64,000 nt of DNA from Rebecca billardiae RCC1528 (lineage: Eukaryota; Protista; Haptophyta). Position numbers and translations under genes: made by a program. The first letter of the stretch is position 1; each line of letters begins with the position of its first letter. Where the stretch lies: NCBI GenBank assembly GCA_965240325.2, contig OZ251222.1, positions 434,001 through 498,000 on the forward strand, written 5' to 3'. The notes under the pieces are model-generated. The model worked only from the letters and a program-made list of their open reading frames with translations. It was not told where the DNA came from and ran no database searches. Positions 19,901 through 30,603 of this stretch are shown piece by piece.

Positions 19901-21012
19901 TGCCACACGGACGGCAACCGGCTGCGCGCCGCGCGCGCGCGCGGCGTGGCGAGCTGGTCTGCCGCATCAAAGCCGCGCTGCGCGAGCGTCGCCGTGCGCA
20001 CGCGCACTGCCTCCGCGTACACGAGCCGCGCACGCCCCGCTCGGTCGAGCAGCCTGGGCGCGCGTGGCGCGCGCCCCAGTCGGAAGAGCCACTTGGTGAG
20101 CGCGAGGAGAGGCACGGCGAGCAGCGCAGTGGCCGTGGCGGCGAGCAGCTCGCGCGCGAGGACGATCGGCGCGTCGGCCGGCGCGTCGTCGTACTGCGCG
20201 CAGGACACGGCCAGGCCGAGTGCCGCGGCCGCCCAGAAGAGGACGGCGAGCTCGGACGGGCGCAGGCCCTCCGGGTCGGACACACGGCGGCGCAGAGGGC
20301 CGAGCAGCGTGTGCTCGGCGCCCCCGCGCGCGACGAGCGCGCGCGCCAGACGCATCGCCACGGCGCCATCGAGCCCATGCGCGCGCGCCGCGCCCGGGCC
20401 GTACGCCCGCCACGCGCGCCGAAGATCACTGCGAGCCCTCGTGCCGTCGCGGTCGGGCGCATCAAACGCGCCCGCCGACTGCCGGCTCGTGGACGCGCGC
20501 GCGCCTGCGTCGGCGCGGCGCTCGAGCAGGCCTCGCACGAAGCGCTGGATCTCGCACGCGGCGTGCTGCTCGGTGAGGGCGGCGAGCACCGCCGGCGAGA
20601 TGGTGCCAGTCGGGTCGCCGCTGACCGCATCCGCTGCGCCCGCCGCGCCAGGCACTGCGCTGCCACCGCGGTGCAAGCTGTGCGCGAGGCGCCACGTGAG
20701 GGCATGTGGCTTGCCTGCCAGTGGCTGAGACGGCGCCGTCGGCTCGGGGCCCTCCTCGGTGCGCACCGTCGCCGCCGCGTGCCGCCGCTCGCGCCACGCG
20801 AGCACGCCCACAGACACGCACGCCGCGACCACGAGCGCGAGCACCACCCCGTGAAGAATCGGCTCGCGCTCAGCCGCGGGCGCGGTGAGGGCGCCGATCA
20901 GGTCTGCCCTGTCGAGCTCGTTGGGGCGGAGAGCGTCTTGTGCGTCATCAAACGCGCCGCCCACCGAGATGGGCACGTACACCCCCAGCACGAGCCAGCA
21001 GCGAAGTATCAT
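16969..21012 (-). CDS. Polycystin-1-like membrane protein with IQ motif and EF-hand-like segment
   Basis: Signal peptide from ATG 21012 (alternative ATG 21081); TM helix; IQ motif ACEIQRFVRGLLERR. PKD1-like TM pairs HTLLGPL..ELAVLFW..LLAVPLLALTKWLFR and AFFAIVYANRFGRAKTRRMMLSW..LIEP. EF-like SDGRITFDALCGWY. Confidence 0.6.
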   Translation of the reverse strand: MILRCWLVLGVYVPISVGGAFDDAQDALRPNELDRADLIGALTAPAAEREPILHGVVLALVVAACVSVGVLAWRERRHAAATVRTEEGPEPTAPSQPLAGKPHALTWRLAHSLHRGGSAVPGAAGAADAVSGDPTGTISPAVLAALTEQHAACEIQRFVRGLLERRADAGARASTSRQSAGAFDAPDRDGTRARSDLRRAWRAYGPGAARAHGLDGAVAMRLARALVARGGAEHTLLGPLRRRVSDPEGLRPSELAVLFWAAAALGLAVSCAQYDDAPADAPIVLARELLAATATALLAVPLLALTKWLFRLGRAPRAPRLLDRAGRARLVYAEAVRVRTATLAQRGFDAADQLATPRARAARSRLPSVWQRVLCACGGARLPRLGARTASSMADERVVPTHTEPRGGARAQTTAARGRAPPPQPPRLAISLEGSTPPDSPSPDGSKDRPRDGGSLDGGERFADGADGVGAARDGAALCAGLATRSARAGALLAAPSAPAPPPPCWSQEPVLATGGGGGPQPSATRLARLSAPARFVGGAGAGTRRGLAASSDDGSAPGGTRLGAELCLPEASAAAVLPGCGTAQPWAAGTAGARAPAVAQLLTEQALREHTARTGRSGAALGARRVARLLRAQPPRRAPSAQPPAGSPRVEAVGRVCPAADPPRACAPRRPPPPPFGATTRVHAPSPLARARSREAPLSCVANGAVGCAGRAQRRSAAYLADAPDSEHSAGATQRGGASDRGQSPAHSPATQLRCARARARPPLPVSPGTAQLSPERTLVLRDAPPLACASDAWWGAEGGGAEGGADGAAEAAAAARGVRLCGRVLRLSFGLSLGSTPSCSCSPAPGSSTGPFSALRSRGSPSVGPCSALSISTAGTARAWPSPRSAASPLQPERRAKSKPRPPHAGGGGGGAAGSECRPSTPPLSPPGSPPLDAPPRPTSAAGDRPPAPHADAPPHAEPARPSCLQLPAGGTAAASSGAVGARPGARARSAGSRPRAPACRSASLACAQPAALAAGSCALGPTRATPLDLGRFLPSAASRFEAPTESERLRAAGLSPLPPPVRGSKLTSRRTTGAEDALSLADASDLTDATLNATLKSLSVLSAPHAHGLDSASASLLRYRFVLADPLFSGGLDSSAALRFLLELGFDRRAAHSAIVELGGGAAPAPAAAPSRHSGARPSAADSLDPSARSDGRITFDALCGWYTRRVEADARRRLRRAARAARWLPCCAARAVPPPRGGRARTALGWALAVCTLCLSAFFAIVYANRFGRAKTRRMMLSWGLAEAQRLALIEPCLTALAMAADSAARGALGGGVLLGRAINEALASGAGRCMGWLVNGRGGSLA

Positions 21013-21590
21013 GGCGACGTGGCGGCCAGGTGCTCGCGCCGAGGGCGGGGCCCGCGCGTCGATGCGGGTTGCCGCGGCCATCGGATTCCGCGCGTCGCGA
21101 GCGCGACCGGTGGAGGGTGCGAGTACACCGGTGCAAGACCAAAGACCCACCAATATGCGGTTCGCTGAACGACGATGAGTGCGCGCGCGGGGTTGCCGGA
21201 GAGGTTCAACAATCACCAAGTACGACGACTCAACCATCAAAAACGTACCAGCGCATCAAGTTCAAGATCAGGGTTCGCGGTTCGCGCAATCAACTTTGCC
21301 ACTGTTAAGAACGTGGGAAACTACTCAAAAGGCATTCGCGTCCTTTTAAATTCCCCTTTATAACGGGCTCCGGGTGATCAGGCTGCGGCCGTAGTATTCA
21401 TCCGCACGTAAGGTTATTTATTTGGTTTTACCGCGCTATTGAACCCGATACTCCCCCCAAAACTGAGTCATGACGCGAGCCAACCAGGTTGCTCACCTAC
21501 CGTGGTCCGGGCGCCCCGGACGGCAGCCGAGGACGAGGCGGACAGCCGCCATCATTCACGCCCCGGGGGCGGGCAGTGGCTCGAGCTCGA

Positions 21591-21944
21591 ATGGCGGACG
21601 CGTATGCGAACGTCGTGGGCGGATCGCTCAAGCTCAAGGGGAAGAAGAAAGGCAAGAGCAAGCGCAAGCGTGCAGAGGTGGAGGCAGACGCCGATGCGGA
21701 GCCCGACCGCGCAGGTGACGGATCGCGTGCAGCCCTGGATGCTGCAGATGGTGTCGCGGACGGCACCGCGATTGCGGGTCTGACAAAGGCGCAGCGGGAA
21801 CACATGCGCGTGCTCGAACGCAACGCGAAGCAAAAAGTCGAACAAGACAAGAGCAAGTCCTACCGCGACCGCGTGTCGGCGATGAACGAGTACTTAGCGA
21901 ACCTATCTGAGCACCACGACATCCCACGCATCTCCAAGCACTAG
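21591..21944 (+). CDS. FAM32A: FAM32A/DUF1754 family protein
   Basis: YANVVGGSLKLKG, LTKAQ, KSYRDRVSAMNEYLANLSEHHDIPRIS. Confidence 0.9.
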   Translation: MADAYANVVGGSLKLKGKKKGKSKRKRAEVEADADAEPDRAGDGSRAALDAADGVADGTAIAGLTKAQREHMRVLERNAKQKVEQDKSKSYRDRVSAMNEYLANLSEHHDIPRISKH

Positions 21945-22894
21945 GCCTTGGACGCCCCGAGTGCCGTACCCCATTTCAGCCTCTGTGGCATGAACGACTG
22001 CAATGCAGTGTCACGTCGTACACACTGGGCCAGATGTCTTCGCACGCCGGCCACGGTCAGGCTGCGATGCCTGTCATCTCGATTGTTCGCCCAAGCTGTC
22101 TCGTTCCGGGATCGGGCCCGACCCGGTCCCGTGGCCGTGCCGCGTGCGGAGCATTGCGCTCGGACCTCGGTCCCGCTCCGAGGCGCCCAGTCACTAGCCA
22201 GTCAGTCAGGATTGAGCACGCACTCCTTCCGAGCCGTCACTCCCGATTTGGCCCGCGCGTCCGGAGTCAGACTCAGCGCCACCCGGAGTGTCTCCGCGTG
22301 CCCGGCCACCGTCGGGGCGTGAGGCGTGGGCATACGTGGCAAGTGTCGAAGTGAACTTGCCCGATTCACTCTGACTCACACTAGACACACTATTTAGCTT
22401 ACTTGAACTTATTGAAGTCGGACTCCGTGCCCCGCCCACCGTCTCATTCTCAATTCCGGACTCCGGGTCCTTGCAGGCCCTGGGAGTGGCACGGTCCCGC
22501 CATTTGTTGAGCCAGTAATACAGATGACAGAGTCAGTCCGCCCAAAGGACCATTAAAATACCCTTCGGTCCGCCGGACGGCGGTTCGCGGGTACGGTACG
22601 GCGGCCGTGCCATTCGGTCCGCGCTCCGACGGGCGTCGGCCCGCGGCGCGCGGCACGAGCTTGACCGCGCGGGGCGCCGGCGGCGGCCACGGCCGCTGAC
22701 GGTCGCCTGACGGCGGCCGCGGCGCGGTCGCGGATCGGCCCGGACTAGTGAGTAGCTAGCGCTAGTGGGCGTCTAGCTACTCTCGCTCGATGGTGTGTGT
22801 ACCTTTGCTGCAGATGCAGGCGCGACCGCCGGCCGCCATCGTTCTTGCCTGATCGTAAGTTGAACGTGGTGCCGGATCAGGCCGGGGCCGACGA

Positions 22895-25800
22895 ATGTCG
22901 TCGGGCGCGGGCCATGGGCACATGCCCCATGGGCCCATGCCCCGCGTGGCGTCGTTCCAAGAGCCCGTGCTCGAGAGCGGCATGAACCGACCGCTCACGG
23001 CCCAGCGCCGCTCGAGCAGCTGGCAGGACATCGCGGAGAGCGTGTCTCGGCCCTTCTCGGCCGCGATCCGCAAGTCGAGCATCCAGATCGCCTCGCTGGT
23101 GATGGACCCGGCCATCGAGCAGGTGCAGAACGTTCTCGGCCGGATGGGCCGTCGGACCGGCATCCTGCGCGAGCCGCTGCTGGCCTCGCGCGGCGCGTCC
23201 TCGCATCGGCGGCGCGCGCGCGAGGACACGGCGTCGAGCATGGGCACCAGCATGGACGCCCTCGAGGAGCGCGACCGCAGCCTGGACCGGTGGCTGCGCA
23301 TCCAGGTGGCGGCGTCGTTCGTGCGCGACGCGATCCACGGGCGCAACCCCGCGCGGCGGACCACGCGCTCCGCGCTGCGCGTGTACCGCTACTACCACTG
23401 CGCGCTCGGCAAGCTGCTCCGGTACGCCGCCACGCTCGCGTTCATCCTCACGCCCATCTACGAGCAGCCGGGCTGGTGCCTCACGTCGGGGTGCGACTCG
23501 AAGGATCCGGAGGTGTACTACTTTGGCGCGCCCTTCCTCCCCTTCTCAGTCACCGTCTCCGTCGAGCTCGCCGCGCTCGCCGTCATCCTGATCGACCAGG
23601 CGGCGCGGCTGCACTTCACCGGGCTGAGCGCGTTCCGCCGCGACTGGTGGTCGACGTCGCGCTCGGTGGTGGTGGTGCTGACGGGGCTCGACGTGGTGGT
23701 GGGCACGTTCTACGAGGCGTGGGACCGCTCGTGGCTCACCCGCGTGCTGCGCATCTACGTCTTCGTCTCGCAGCACCACAACCTGCGCGCGGCGTGCGTG
23801 AACATTTTCCGCACGGTGCCGGCGCTCACCGAGGTGCTGCTGATGTTGTGCGCGCTCATCCTGCTCGCGGCGTGGGCGGCGATGCTGCTGTTCGGGCACA
23901 TCGAGTCGGCGGGGTTCCGCACGTACTCGTCCTCGCTCCTCTCCATGTACACGCTGAGCACCGTCACCAACTTCCCCGGCGTCACCCTCGGCCCTATGCG
24001 CCAGGCGCGCCAGTCGTTCCTCTTCTTTGTCGCCTTCCTGTGCGTGGGCGTGCTCGTGCTGATGAACCTCGCGCTCGCGATCGTGTACGAGGCGTACCGG
24101 ATCAACCTGGCGAGCGAGGTGGCGCGGCAGCTGAGCCGGCAGCGCCGCGCGCTGCGCTATGCGTATGCGCACATCTCCACGCCGCTCGACAGCGGCGGCG
24201 GCATGCGGCCGGCTGTGCTCGGCATGCTGGGCGTGCCGAGCTCGCTGCACGAGGCGGCGAGCCGCTCCGGCGGCGGCGCGGACGCGGCCGGCTTCGGCGG
24301 CGGGTCGTTCGGCGGCGGCGGCGGCGCGGCGGGCAGCAACGGGTGCGGCGGCGGCGCAGGCGTGAGCCGCGGCATCCTCCGCTCCGACTCGTCAGACTCG
24401 TGCCTCGGCCTCGAAGCGGCCGAGGCGAGCGGCCGCTCGCCGCCGCCAGGCGCGCGCCTCGGCCGCAGCGGCGCGCTCAACCGGGGCATCTTCCTCAGGG
24501 ACTGGTGCGCCATGCTGCGCGTGCTCGACCCGAAGCTGCGGCGGTGGCAGGCGGAGCTGCTGTTCCACGGGTGCGATACCACGCAGTCGGGGTACATCAC
24601 CGAGGACGAGTTCGCCAACGTGCTCGCCGCGCTGCAGCTCCGCTTCATCCCGGTGCCGAGCGGCGCGGCCGCCGCGGCCGCCCGGCGGCCGCTGCGCCAG
24701 CTGGTCAAGTCGCGCTACTTTGAGCTCTTCTTCGACACGCTCGCGGGCGTGACGGCGGTGGCGATCGCGTGGCCGGCGCGCACGGTCGCCGTGCCGGTGC
24801 ACGTCGCGCTCGTCCTCCTCTTCGCCATCGAGATGCTGCTCAAGCTCGTGGGGCTCGGCCCTGTCGGCTACTTCCGCTCGCGCCGCCGCCGGTTCGACGG
24901 CGTCGTCGCGCTGATCGCGATCGGCGCGATCACGTACAACCTGCGGCAGATCGCCAACCCGGAGTCGGGCGGCGAGCAGGCGGTGCGCTGGACGCTGTAC
25001 CTCTGGATCTTCCGCGCGATGCGGCTGCTCGGCCTCTCGCGCCGCTCGATCCTGCTCGGGCACACGCTGCGCCGGCTGATCAAGCCGTTCCTCACCTTCC
25101 TCGGCGTCGTCTTCTGCTTCTTGTACGCGTCCGCCGGGATCGGGCTCGAGCTCTTCGGCGGCCGGCTGTACGTGCGCGCGGAGTGCGTGGTGGGCACGGC
25201 GTACGAGCAGGCGACGTACGAGCCGGTCAACTTCAACTCGATGGCGTCGGCGCTCGTCCTCGCCTTCTCGCTGCTGATGGTCAACGACTTCCCGGTCTTC
25301 ATGGACGTGACGGCGCGCTGCACGTCCTCGTGGTCGCACATCTATTTTGTGCTCTTCCACCTGTGCAACGTGGTGATTGTCTCCAACCTGCTCACGTCGT
25401 TCATCCTCGAGGCGACGCTGCGCGCGTGGGCGGACGTCGACGCGGAGGGCGCCGAGTCGGGCGCGGCGGGCCTCTCGCCGCGCCCGGCCGGCGGCGCGCC
25501 GCACTCGGCCAACGCGTCGCTGCGCGGCACGCGCAAGACGTCGCTCGCGCCCGGCCGCAATGCCGAAGCGTACGCGGCCGCCGCGGCGGCCGCGGCGGCC
25601 GCGGCGGGCGGCGGCGCGTACGGCGGCCAGATGCCCGCGGCGCAGGGCTCGAGCGGGCTCGTGCTCGAGCAGCGCGCGCGGTACGTGCAGCGCATGCAGC
25701 AGCGCATCGAAGAGGAGCACGTCACGCTCGAGGACGGGCGCGCGTTCACCATCAAGCGGCAGGACTCGTTCACCGGGCTGGCGGCCATGGAGGAGATGCT

Positions 25801-25933
25801 GCTCGACCAGACGGCCATCATGGGCGGCGGCACCGAGTCGCGCGTGCACACGCCGCCCGCCTCGCCGCGGCGCGAGGGCAGCTTCGCGTACGACTCCGCG
25901 CCCCCGGCCTTGAGCTTCAACCGCACGCACTGA
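22895..25933 (+). CDS. TPC: Two-pore cation channel with EF-hand linker
   Basis: AASFVRDAIHGR, YEQPGWC, two 6-TM repeats, pore I LSTVTNFP, MNLALAIVYEAY, EF-hand DTTQSGYITEDEF, pore II NFNSM..LLMVNDF. Confidence 0.9.
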   Translation: MSSGAGHGHMPHGPMPRVASFQEPVLESGMNRPLTAQRRSSSWQDIAESVSRPFSAAIRKSSIQIASLVMDPAIEQVQNVLGRMGRRTGILREPLLASRGASSHRRRAREDTASSMGTSMDALEERDRSLDRWLRIQVAASFVRDAIHGRNPARRTTRSALRVYRYYHCALGKLLRYAATLAFILTPIYEQPGWCLTSGCDSKDPEVYYFGAPFLPFSVTVSVELAALAVILIDQAARLHFTGLSAFRRDWWSTSRSVVVVLTGLDVVVGTFYEAWDRSWLTRVLRIYVFVSQHHNLRAACVNIFRTVPALTEVLLMLCALILLAAWAAMLLFGHIESAGFRTYSSSLLSMYTLSTVTNFPGVTLGPMRQARQSFLFFVAFLCVGVLVLMNLALAIVYEAYRINLASEVARQLSRQRRALRYAYAHISTPLDSGGGMRPAVLGMLGVPSSLHEAASRSGGGADAAGFGGGSFGGGGGAAGSNGCGGGAGVSRGILRSDSSDSCLGLEAAEASGRSPPPGARLGRSGALNRGIFLRDWCAMLRVLDPKLRRWQAELLFHGCDTTQSGYITEDEFANVLAALQLRFIPVPSGAAAAAARRPLRQLVKSRYFELFFDTLAGVTAVAIAWPARTVAVPVHVALVLLFAIEMLLKLVGLGPVGYFRSRRRRFDGVVALIAIGAITYNLRQIANPESGGEQAVRWTLYLWIFRAMRLLGLSRRSILLGHTLRRLIKPFLTFLGVVFCFLYASAGIGLELFGGRLYVRAECVVGTAYEQATYEPVNFNSMASALVLAFSLLMVNDFPVFMDVTARCTSSWSHIYFVLFHLCNVVIVSNLLTSFILEATLRAWADVDAEGAESGAAGLSPRPAGGAPHSANASLRGTRKTSLAPGRNAEAYAAAAAAAAAAAGGGAYGGQMPAAQGSSGLVLEQRARYVQRMQQRIEEEHVTLEDGRAFTIKRQDSFTGLAAMEEMLLDQTAIMGGGTESRVHTPPASPRREGSFAYDSAPPALSFNRTH

Positions 25934-26244
25934 TCATCCTCGAAGGCGTGCCGATGCCATCTGTGGGCCTCGCCTCACGCCTGAGCCTGAGGCGCGGCTG
26001 CGGGCGGCCCGAGTGCGCCGTGGAAAATCGATTGCGCTGACGATGATGATGATGCGCGCGCGTTTTGCGCGAGATGGAATAATAAAAACTAAAAACAAAA
26101 GCCGGCCTTTGCCGAGGCCGGTGCGGCTGGGAAATCACACGCGACGTCAGCTGCCACCGTTGGCGGTCGAGCTCACCAAGCACGGCCCGCCGGCGCGGCC
26201 GGCATTGCTCATCGAGGCGCACATGCCAAGCGCCGCCCGCGCAC

Positions 26245-28230
26245 ATGAGCCGTGAGCGCCCAGCCAGCGCTGAGCAGACGCATCCCAAGCGAGTACGTCG
26301 GGGCGGCTCGGCCGACCGGGACCTGCCGCTCCCCGATGGAGTGGCGTCGGGCGCAGCGCCGGCGCATGGCCGTGCGAGCTCGGCGCACGAGCGAGCTGGG
26401 CCTCCGAGTGCGCCCAGGAGCGCGGCGGCCGACGACGCTCGCGCTCCTCTCGCGCAGGCTATCGGCGCCATGCTGCGCTGCGTCGACGACGCCGACTCGG
26501 ACGAAGCTGCGATCACCGGAGCCCTGAGCGAGCTGAGCGCAACCATCACGGCACACGCTCCGCTGGCCGCGACGGACACAGGCGCCGACATCCTGTGCGA
26601 GGCGCTCCAACAGCTCCACGCCGCGGCGCTCGACAGCGGGCACAGTGAGCGGTACCCGGGAGCATGGCGTCAACTCATGCGCGCGTGCGCAGACGGCGCC
26701 TCGCGCGAGCGCGTGCGCGGCGCAGCGTCTGAGCGGGGCCTGGCAGCTGTGGAGCCGAGCGCTGAGGGCGCGGCGACGTCATCGCCCACGCCTGGGGCCG
26801 CGGCTGGGTCGCCCCATGCCGTCGCCGCCAATGCTGCCCTCGCCGCGCAGCCCTCCGCGCACAGCGACGACGTGATCATCCTCGACGACTGCGAGGAGGA
26901 GGAGCCCACACGCGACGAGGCCGCTGCGGGCGCGCTCGGAGGCACGATGGGCAGCCAGGAAGTGGTGCTGCTGGGCCAGGCTGGGTTTGATGTGCTGCGG
27001 GATGCGCCGCACCCGCGGCCCGCGTGCATCGAGAGGCCGTGGGCGAGCGGGCCGCAGGACTTCTGCACGCACTGCGTCTGCTGGGTGTGCGAGCGCCCGC
27101 CGGCCGAGTGCGCGCACTGGGCAACGGGCGACAGGCACTGCGACGCGCAGCCAGACAGCGAGGTGTGGCGCCAGGCGCGCGAGGCCGTGCTTGGGCCGCC
27201 GAGCCACCCCGAGCCGGCGCGAACAGCGCACGAGCGGCCGTGGCTCACGGCGGCAGAGCAGCGACGGGCTGCCGCGTCGGCGCCCGACGCGGCGGTGCCC
27301 CTCTCGTCTGAGGCCGTGCAGCTGGTGGCTGAGATCGCCAACTGCGAGGTGGCCGAGGCGCGCGCCGCGCTGCTCGAGGGCGGCGGGCACGTGCAGCTCG
27401 CGCTGGAGGCGCTCTTCTCTGAGCGCAGCCGCGCGCGCGCGCTGCAGCGGCAGCGGCCGAGGGAGGCCGCCGCGCCAGCGCGCCCGCCCGCTGGCTCGCC
27501 GTCGAGTGGCTGGCGGCGGCGCACCCTCCGGCAGGCCTCCAGCCCTCCGCCGCGCGCTCGCCAGGCGGCCCCGGCGCAGGCCGAGTTCGAAGCGCCGCCC
27601 GTCGCTGAGCCGGTGGCGGCGAGCCGCGGCGGCGCGACGCCGGCTGCGGATGAGCCGGCCTCCGGGCTCGCGCAGACGCCGGCTGCGGATGAGCCGGCGT
27701 CAGGGCCCGCGCAGACTCCGCTGTGGTCCGCGCGCGGGGCGCTCACCGTGCGCTCGCTGGCCGAGTGCGCGTGTGCGCACTGCGCCCGGCCTATGCAGCA
27801 CACCCTGGCTGGGCTGTGCTCGCTGGATGACCTGCTCATCGAGCCGGGCGATGAGGACGACGGCGGCCGTGCCGGGAGCGCGGACGGCGCCGCCTCAGAA
27901 TGGCCGCTTGTCGAGCTCGCGGGGTGCAAGCACGCACTGCACGAGCGCTGCGCGCGGAAGCTCGCGGACGGCAGCATGGTTGCGACCCGTGGTCATGCGA
28001 GCGGTATCATGGCTACGCTTGACGACGCAGTTGCCGCGCAGCGGCACGAAGGCGAGGCCTCCGATGGCGCTGCCACTGATGCCATCAGGCATGAGCCAGG
28101 CCGGCATGGTGCGAGTGCGCGCGCACCCGCGGGCGGCGCATTGAACTGGACGGTCCTGAATGCGCGCTCGCTCGTGTGCCCAGTGTGCGGCATCGCGTGC
28201 CGTGGCAGCGTGCCGGACCCATCGCCATGA
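26245..28230 (+). CDS. Putative ubiquitin ligase: RIN13-like Cys/His domain, UBA and interrupted RING
   Basis: PHPRPAC..CTHCVCWVCE..C.HW..HCDA; UBA-like AVQLVAEIA..EARAALLEGGGHVQLALEAL; CAHC..GCKHALHERC..CPVC. Confidence 0.65.
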   Translation: MSRERPASAEQTHPKRVRRGGSADRDLPLPDGVASGAAPAHGRASSAHERAGPPSAPRSAAADDARAPLAQAIGAMLRCVDDADSDEAAITGALSELSATITAHAPLAATDTGADILCEALQQLHAAALDSGHSERYPGAWRQLMRACADGASRERVRGAASERGLAAVEPSAEGAATSSPTPGAAAGSPHAVAANAALAAQPSAHSDDVIILDDCEEEEPTRDEAAAGALGGTMGSQEVVLLGQAGFDVLRDAPHPRPACIERPWASGPQDFCTHCVCWVCERPPAECAHWATGDRHCDAQPDSEVWRQAREAVLGPPSHPEPARTAHERPWLTAAEQRRAAASAPDAAVPLSSEAVQLVAEIANCEVAEARAALLEGGGHVQLALEALFSERSRARALQRQRPREAAAPARPPAGSPSSGWRRRTLRQASSPPPRARQAAPAQAEFEAPPVAEPVAASRGGATPAADEPASGLAQTPAADEPASGPAQTPLWSARGALTVRSLAECACAHCARPMQHTLAGLCSLDDLLIEPGDEDDGGRAGSADGAASEWPLVELAGCKHALHERCARKLADGSMVATRGHASGIMATLDDAVAAQRHEGEASDGAATDAIRHEPGRHGASARAPAGGALNWTVLNARSLVCPVCGIACRGSVPDPSP

Positions 28231-28530
28231 TGCTGCCATGACCAACCCACTGGTGCATCCACGGTCGATCGGACGCGTCGACTGATAAGACCGATGCCAC
28301 TGCGACGCGTTTGACCGTGACTGACCGTCGGCGTCGTTATGAGCTATGTGAGCCCGCGTCAGCACCGTGCGCCGGACTCCATGCGGAGTCCGGGAGCGAT
28401 GGACTTGTGCAAGGCAGAAGCAGCGGCTCTCCTGCGTCTCACGCCGCCGAGCTTGGCGGCTGACGCAGCGTCGTCGCGCGGGGGAGCGTCGCGCGACAGC
28501 GTCGCGGCGGGGGCGTTCGCGTCGCGCGGG

Positions 28531-30224
28531 ATGATCTCTGGCGTCCTCTTCCTCAACCAGAAGGGCGAGGTCCTCCTCAACCGCTTCTACCGCGATGGCG
28601 TCACGAGGCAGGTAGCCGAGACTTTCCGGAATCAGGTTGGCGCCTGGCGCCCGGCGGCGCTCGTGCGCGTTCGCAGCGTGCGTCGCGCGGCGTTGCGGCG
28701 CGGAGCGACGCGTGATGTTCTTGGCTCGCCCCCGCGCCGGCGGGCGGCGCAGGTGATCGTCCAGAAGGAGGCCGGGCGCTGCCCGGTCGTGATGTTTGGC
28801 AACTCAACGTTCATGTACATCAAGGCCGGCACCGTCTTCGTCGTCGCCGTCTCGCAGGGCAACGCGCGCGTGGCGCTGGTGTTCCAGTTCCTCACGGCGC
28901 TCGTCAACATCATCAAGGCGTACTGCGGCGCCGAGATGAACGACGACACCATCCGCAACAACTTTGTGCTCATCTACGAGCTGCTGGACGAGGTGCTCGA
29001 CTACGGCTTCCCGCAGAACACGACGATCGACCTGCTCAAGATGTACATCACGCAGCAGGGCGAGCAGGTGCTGGCCGAGCAGGACGGCACGCCGCCGCAG
29101 AACATCACGATCCAGGCCACCGGCGCGATCAGCTGGAGGAAAGAGGGCATCAAGTACCGCAAGAACGAGCTCTTCATCGACGTGGTCGAGCAGTGCAACC
29201 TGATGGTCTCCAACAAGGGCACCGTGCTGCGCAACGACGTCTCGGGCAACATCATGGTGAAGTGCTACCTCACGGGGATGCCCGAGTGCAAGTTCGGGCT
29301 CAACGACAAGCTGCTCCTCGACAACGAGGCGAGGAACAGCCGCAACAGGGTGCGCGCACGGCGCGGGCCGCCTCGCGCGCGCGAGCTCTCGCGCGCGCGC
29401 GCCCGATCCGCCGGCTCCGCGAGCGCGCGCTCACGCGCCCTGTCGCACGCGCGGCGGCCGGTGGCATGCCGGCGCAGACCCGACGTGCGGGCGCGGGCAT
29501 CGAGATCGACGACTGCTCGTTCCACCAGTGCGTCAAGCTCGGCAAGTTCGACCAGGACAGGACGGTCAGCTTTGTGCCGCCCGACGGCGAGTTCCAGCTG
29601 ATGTCGTACCGGATCACCGACTCGATCAACCTGCCCTTCCGCGTGCTGCCGGTCGTGAAGGAGCTCGGCCGCACGCGCATCGAGGTGAACGTGAAGGTGG
29701 GCGCGGCGCGCGCGCGCGCGCGCGCGCGCGCGCGCTGCGTACACGGGCCGGCTCGCCGTGTGCGACCAGGCATGCGACCCGCTGCGCTCACCAGGAAACG
29801 CGCGCACACTCCGTCGCGGGTCGTGCGCGCCGGCCGGCCGCAGGTCAAGTCCATGTTCACCTTCAAGCTGTTCGCGACGAGCGTCCTCATCAAGATCCCG
29901 CTGCCGAAGAACACGGCGCAAGTGCACGTGAACGCGGCCGCCGGCAAGGCCAAGTACGAGTCGGACCAGGCCGCGATCATGTGGAGGCTGCGACGCTTCC
30001 CCGGCGACACCGAGTACTCGCTGAGCGGCGAGGTCGAGGTGATCAGCAGCGTCACGGAGAAGCCGTGGAGCCGGCCACCGATCACGATGGACTTCCAGGT
30101 GCCGATGTTCGCCGCGTCGGGCCTGCACGTGCGCTTTTTGAAGGTGTTCGAGAAGAGCAACTACCAGACGGTCAAGTGGGTCAGGTACATCACGAAGGCT
30201 GGCACGTACCAGCACCGCATCTAG
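28531..30224 (+). CDS. AP2M1: AP-2 adaptor complex subunit mu, 4 exons
   Basis: MISGVLFLNQKGEVL, NNFVLIYELLDE, SWRKEGIKYRKNELFIDVVE, FHQCVKLGKFD, KWVRYITKAG. Introns 28636-28752, 29350-29477, 29697-29843. Confidence 0.95.
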
Positions 30225-30444
30225 CTGCTGAGATCATCACGATGGATCCCGGATCCGCCCACTGGCACAGACACGGACATGGGCGCTGCTCGTGAGTCCG
30301 ACGGGTCGCGTTCCGAATCCGATTGCATCGCCGAGGCTGTCAGCATCGCGGCATCGGGTTGATGACGCTTCTGTGACGATTTACACTGATGAAGTCGCGC
30401 GCGACATAGTTCTACTTACGTTTTACGACTCCATATGATCTGAA

Positions 30445-30520
30445 ATATAATTATATATTACAATAAGGTGAAAATAAATATATATATAAATGATTTTATA
30501 TATATATATATATATATTAT
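30445..30520. repeat. AT-rich / (TA)n tract between convergent genes
   Basis: Directly visible. Confidence 0.8.
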
Positions 30521-30603
30521 ACACATCATCAGTTGGTGGCCGCCGGCGCCGATCGGACTCGTCCAGACCGTTGCTCCGGACAGACGAGCGACGCATCGTC
30601 GTC

